64,000 bases of DNA from Antedon mediterranea (Eukaryota > Animalia > Echinodermata). Location: positions 31,989,648 to 32,053,647 of the forward strand of contig NC_092673.1 in the NCBI RefSeq assembly GCF_964355755.1, written 5' to 3'. Positions 62,551 to 64,000 of the stretch are shown piece by piece. The notes below the pieces were generated by a model, which was not told where the DNA came from, made no database searches, and saw nothing but the letters and a program-made list of their open reading frames with translations. The position numbers and the translations under genes are program-made. How positions within the stretch are numbered: position 1 is the stretch's first letter; each line of letters opens with the position of its first letter.

Positions 62551-63821
62551 AAGTTAGGCATGACATGTTAAAAAAAAAAACCAGAGGCATTACCTCCAAC
62601 AAGCGATACAGTGCACCAGCATATAAAAAGAGCACACTTCCAAGCACTCGTATTAAAAAAAAGCTGTATCGCCAATCCAGCATTTGCCATCATCAACAGA
62701 TTCTGGTTGGGAGCTATCTAATGGTAAACTTCAACCAGTGCTTCTGGAAAATGAAGCTATTCCTACTGCTTCGTTAGAGATGATTTATTGTGGATGCAAG
62801 ACACGATGCATAACCATATAGATGTAGGTGCAAGAAGTCAAAACTACCATGTACAGCTTTATGCTGCTGTAACAACGCTAAAGATGACGGAAACCTTTGC
62901 ATGAATGATCAAAACTGATGCCCTTAACATGTTCATTCCAAATGTAGCTTACGTGTTCACATTTTTTTTCAAACCTATACAATCAAAATCTATCATATTG
63001 ATGGCAGGTAATTTCCAAATTTCCAAATGTAGCTGACATGTTCAAATTCTTTTTTAAATCCATAATCCATCATATTGATGGCAGGTACTATACAATCATA
63101 ATCCATCATATTGATGGCAGGTAATTTCCAAATTTCAAATGTAGCTGACGTGTTCAAATTTTTTTTTAAATCTATAATCATAATTCATCATTTTGATGGC
63201 AGGTAATTTTCAAATGTAGCTTACATGTTCAAATTCTTTTTTAAATCTATAATCATAGAAACACACATGTTTTAAACAATTTCAAAAGAAAAAGAAATTC
63301 ATAAGACCACAATTTTCAAAGTTATATTATTATTATATTATTATATTTGACTAATAGTTCAAAGGTCAATAGTTGTAGAATCGGCCATTTTTTGTAAAAA
63401 CATTTCATTATAATATATATGAATGTATAGTTTCTGAACAATTTGAGCCCTATTTCGTGTCTCTCCGATTATTGGTTACTGAGATACGATAAATCAAGGT
63501 CAAAGTTCAAAATGTCAGAAATAAGACTTGCATTCATTTTTTGAGAAAATGTGTCATTAAAGTGAATATGAAAACATATATTTAAAGCATTTTGAGACCA
63601 AAATTAATTATCTGTGACTAGTGGTTCTCGAGATATAGGGTAATTATAAAAAATGGCCGCCATTTTAAATTATGCAAATTAAGGGCTTAGATGGCCGAAT
63701 TTCGCTTGGGATCCACCATATTCGTAATCAGCGAGGTCGAAATATCCTAAATCAAGTGGATCCCAGCTTCTACCCAAAAATGCTTCTTACACCATATTTC
63801 AGAGGAAATAGAACTTGTCTA
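62551..63821 (+). mobile_element. Inverted second copy of the Academ gene 3' end plus minisatellite and probable right subterminal region
   Basis: 62585-62945 is the reverse complement of ~61420-61778; followed by ggtcaaagttca-type motifs and a possible CTA terminus at 63819-63821. Confidence 0.6.
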
Positions 63822-64000
63822 TAATATGATGCTCAATTTGGTTTTGGATAGCTAAAGGAGACCATGAGAAACAAAAAGAAAAACTACATCTTTCAAAAGA
63901 AGGTGGGTTTAAACATAAATTATTTTATCGTACTGCAACATTTTATTGTGTCAGATCATTATCATAGCACACAATAATCATGATGCATTATGCTTATTTT

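Overview
AT-rich, intron-containing animal (probably marine invertebrate) DNA, densely packed with nested transposable elements and orphan fragments of host genes; I found no clearly intact housekeeping gene. Left to right: an internally deleted FLYWCH/MULE-like remnant; a stray antisense BEL gag fragment; four internal valyl-tRNA synthetase exons directly downstream of the first two coding exons of KANSL3 (frameshifted); several MITEs/SINEs and an Academ-like non-autonomous element; a ~20-exon decayed Zisupton/KDZ (HMGXB3-like) transposase gene carrying an OTU deubiquitinase domain; a full-length BEL/Pao LTR retrotransposon inserted in an RTE-group LINE; and a giant inverted duplication (arms ~35282-45335 and ~51015-61191). 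The arms share EXOC6 pseudo-exons and an L2-like LINE but have different later insertions, and both end internally in a 60-bp repeat array plus E2F/CRE motifs facing a 5.7-kb spacer. The spacer encodes a CxGC..SQ..H small protein and a tandem PC4-PC4-ALKBH2 fusion, the most unusual element here. The window ends in a foldback of AcademX transposase sequence. Three tiny CA..TG palindromes with 7-bp TSDs look like P-element excision footprints. Family assignments come from motifs recognised by eye, not from database searches.
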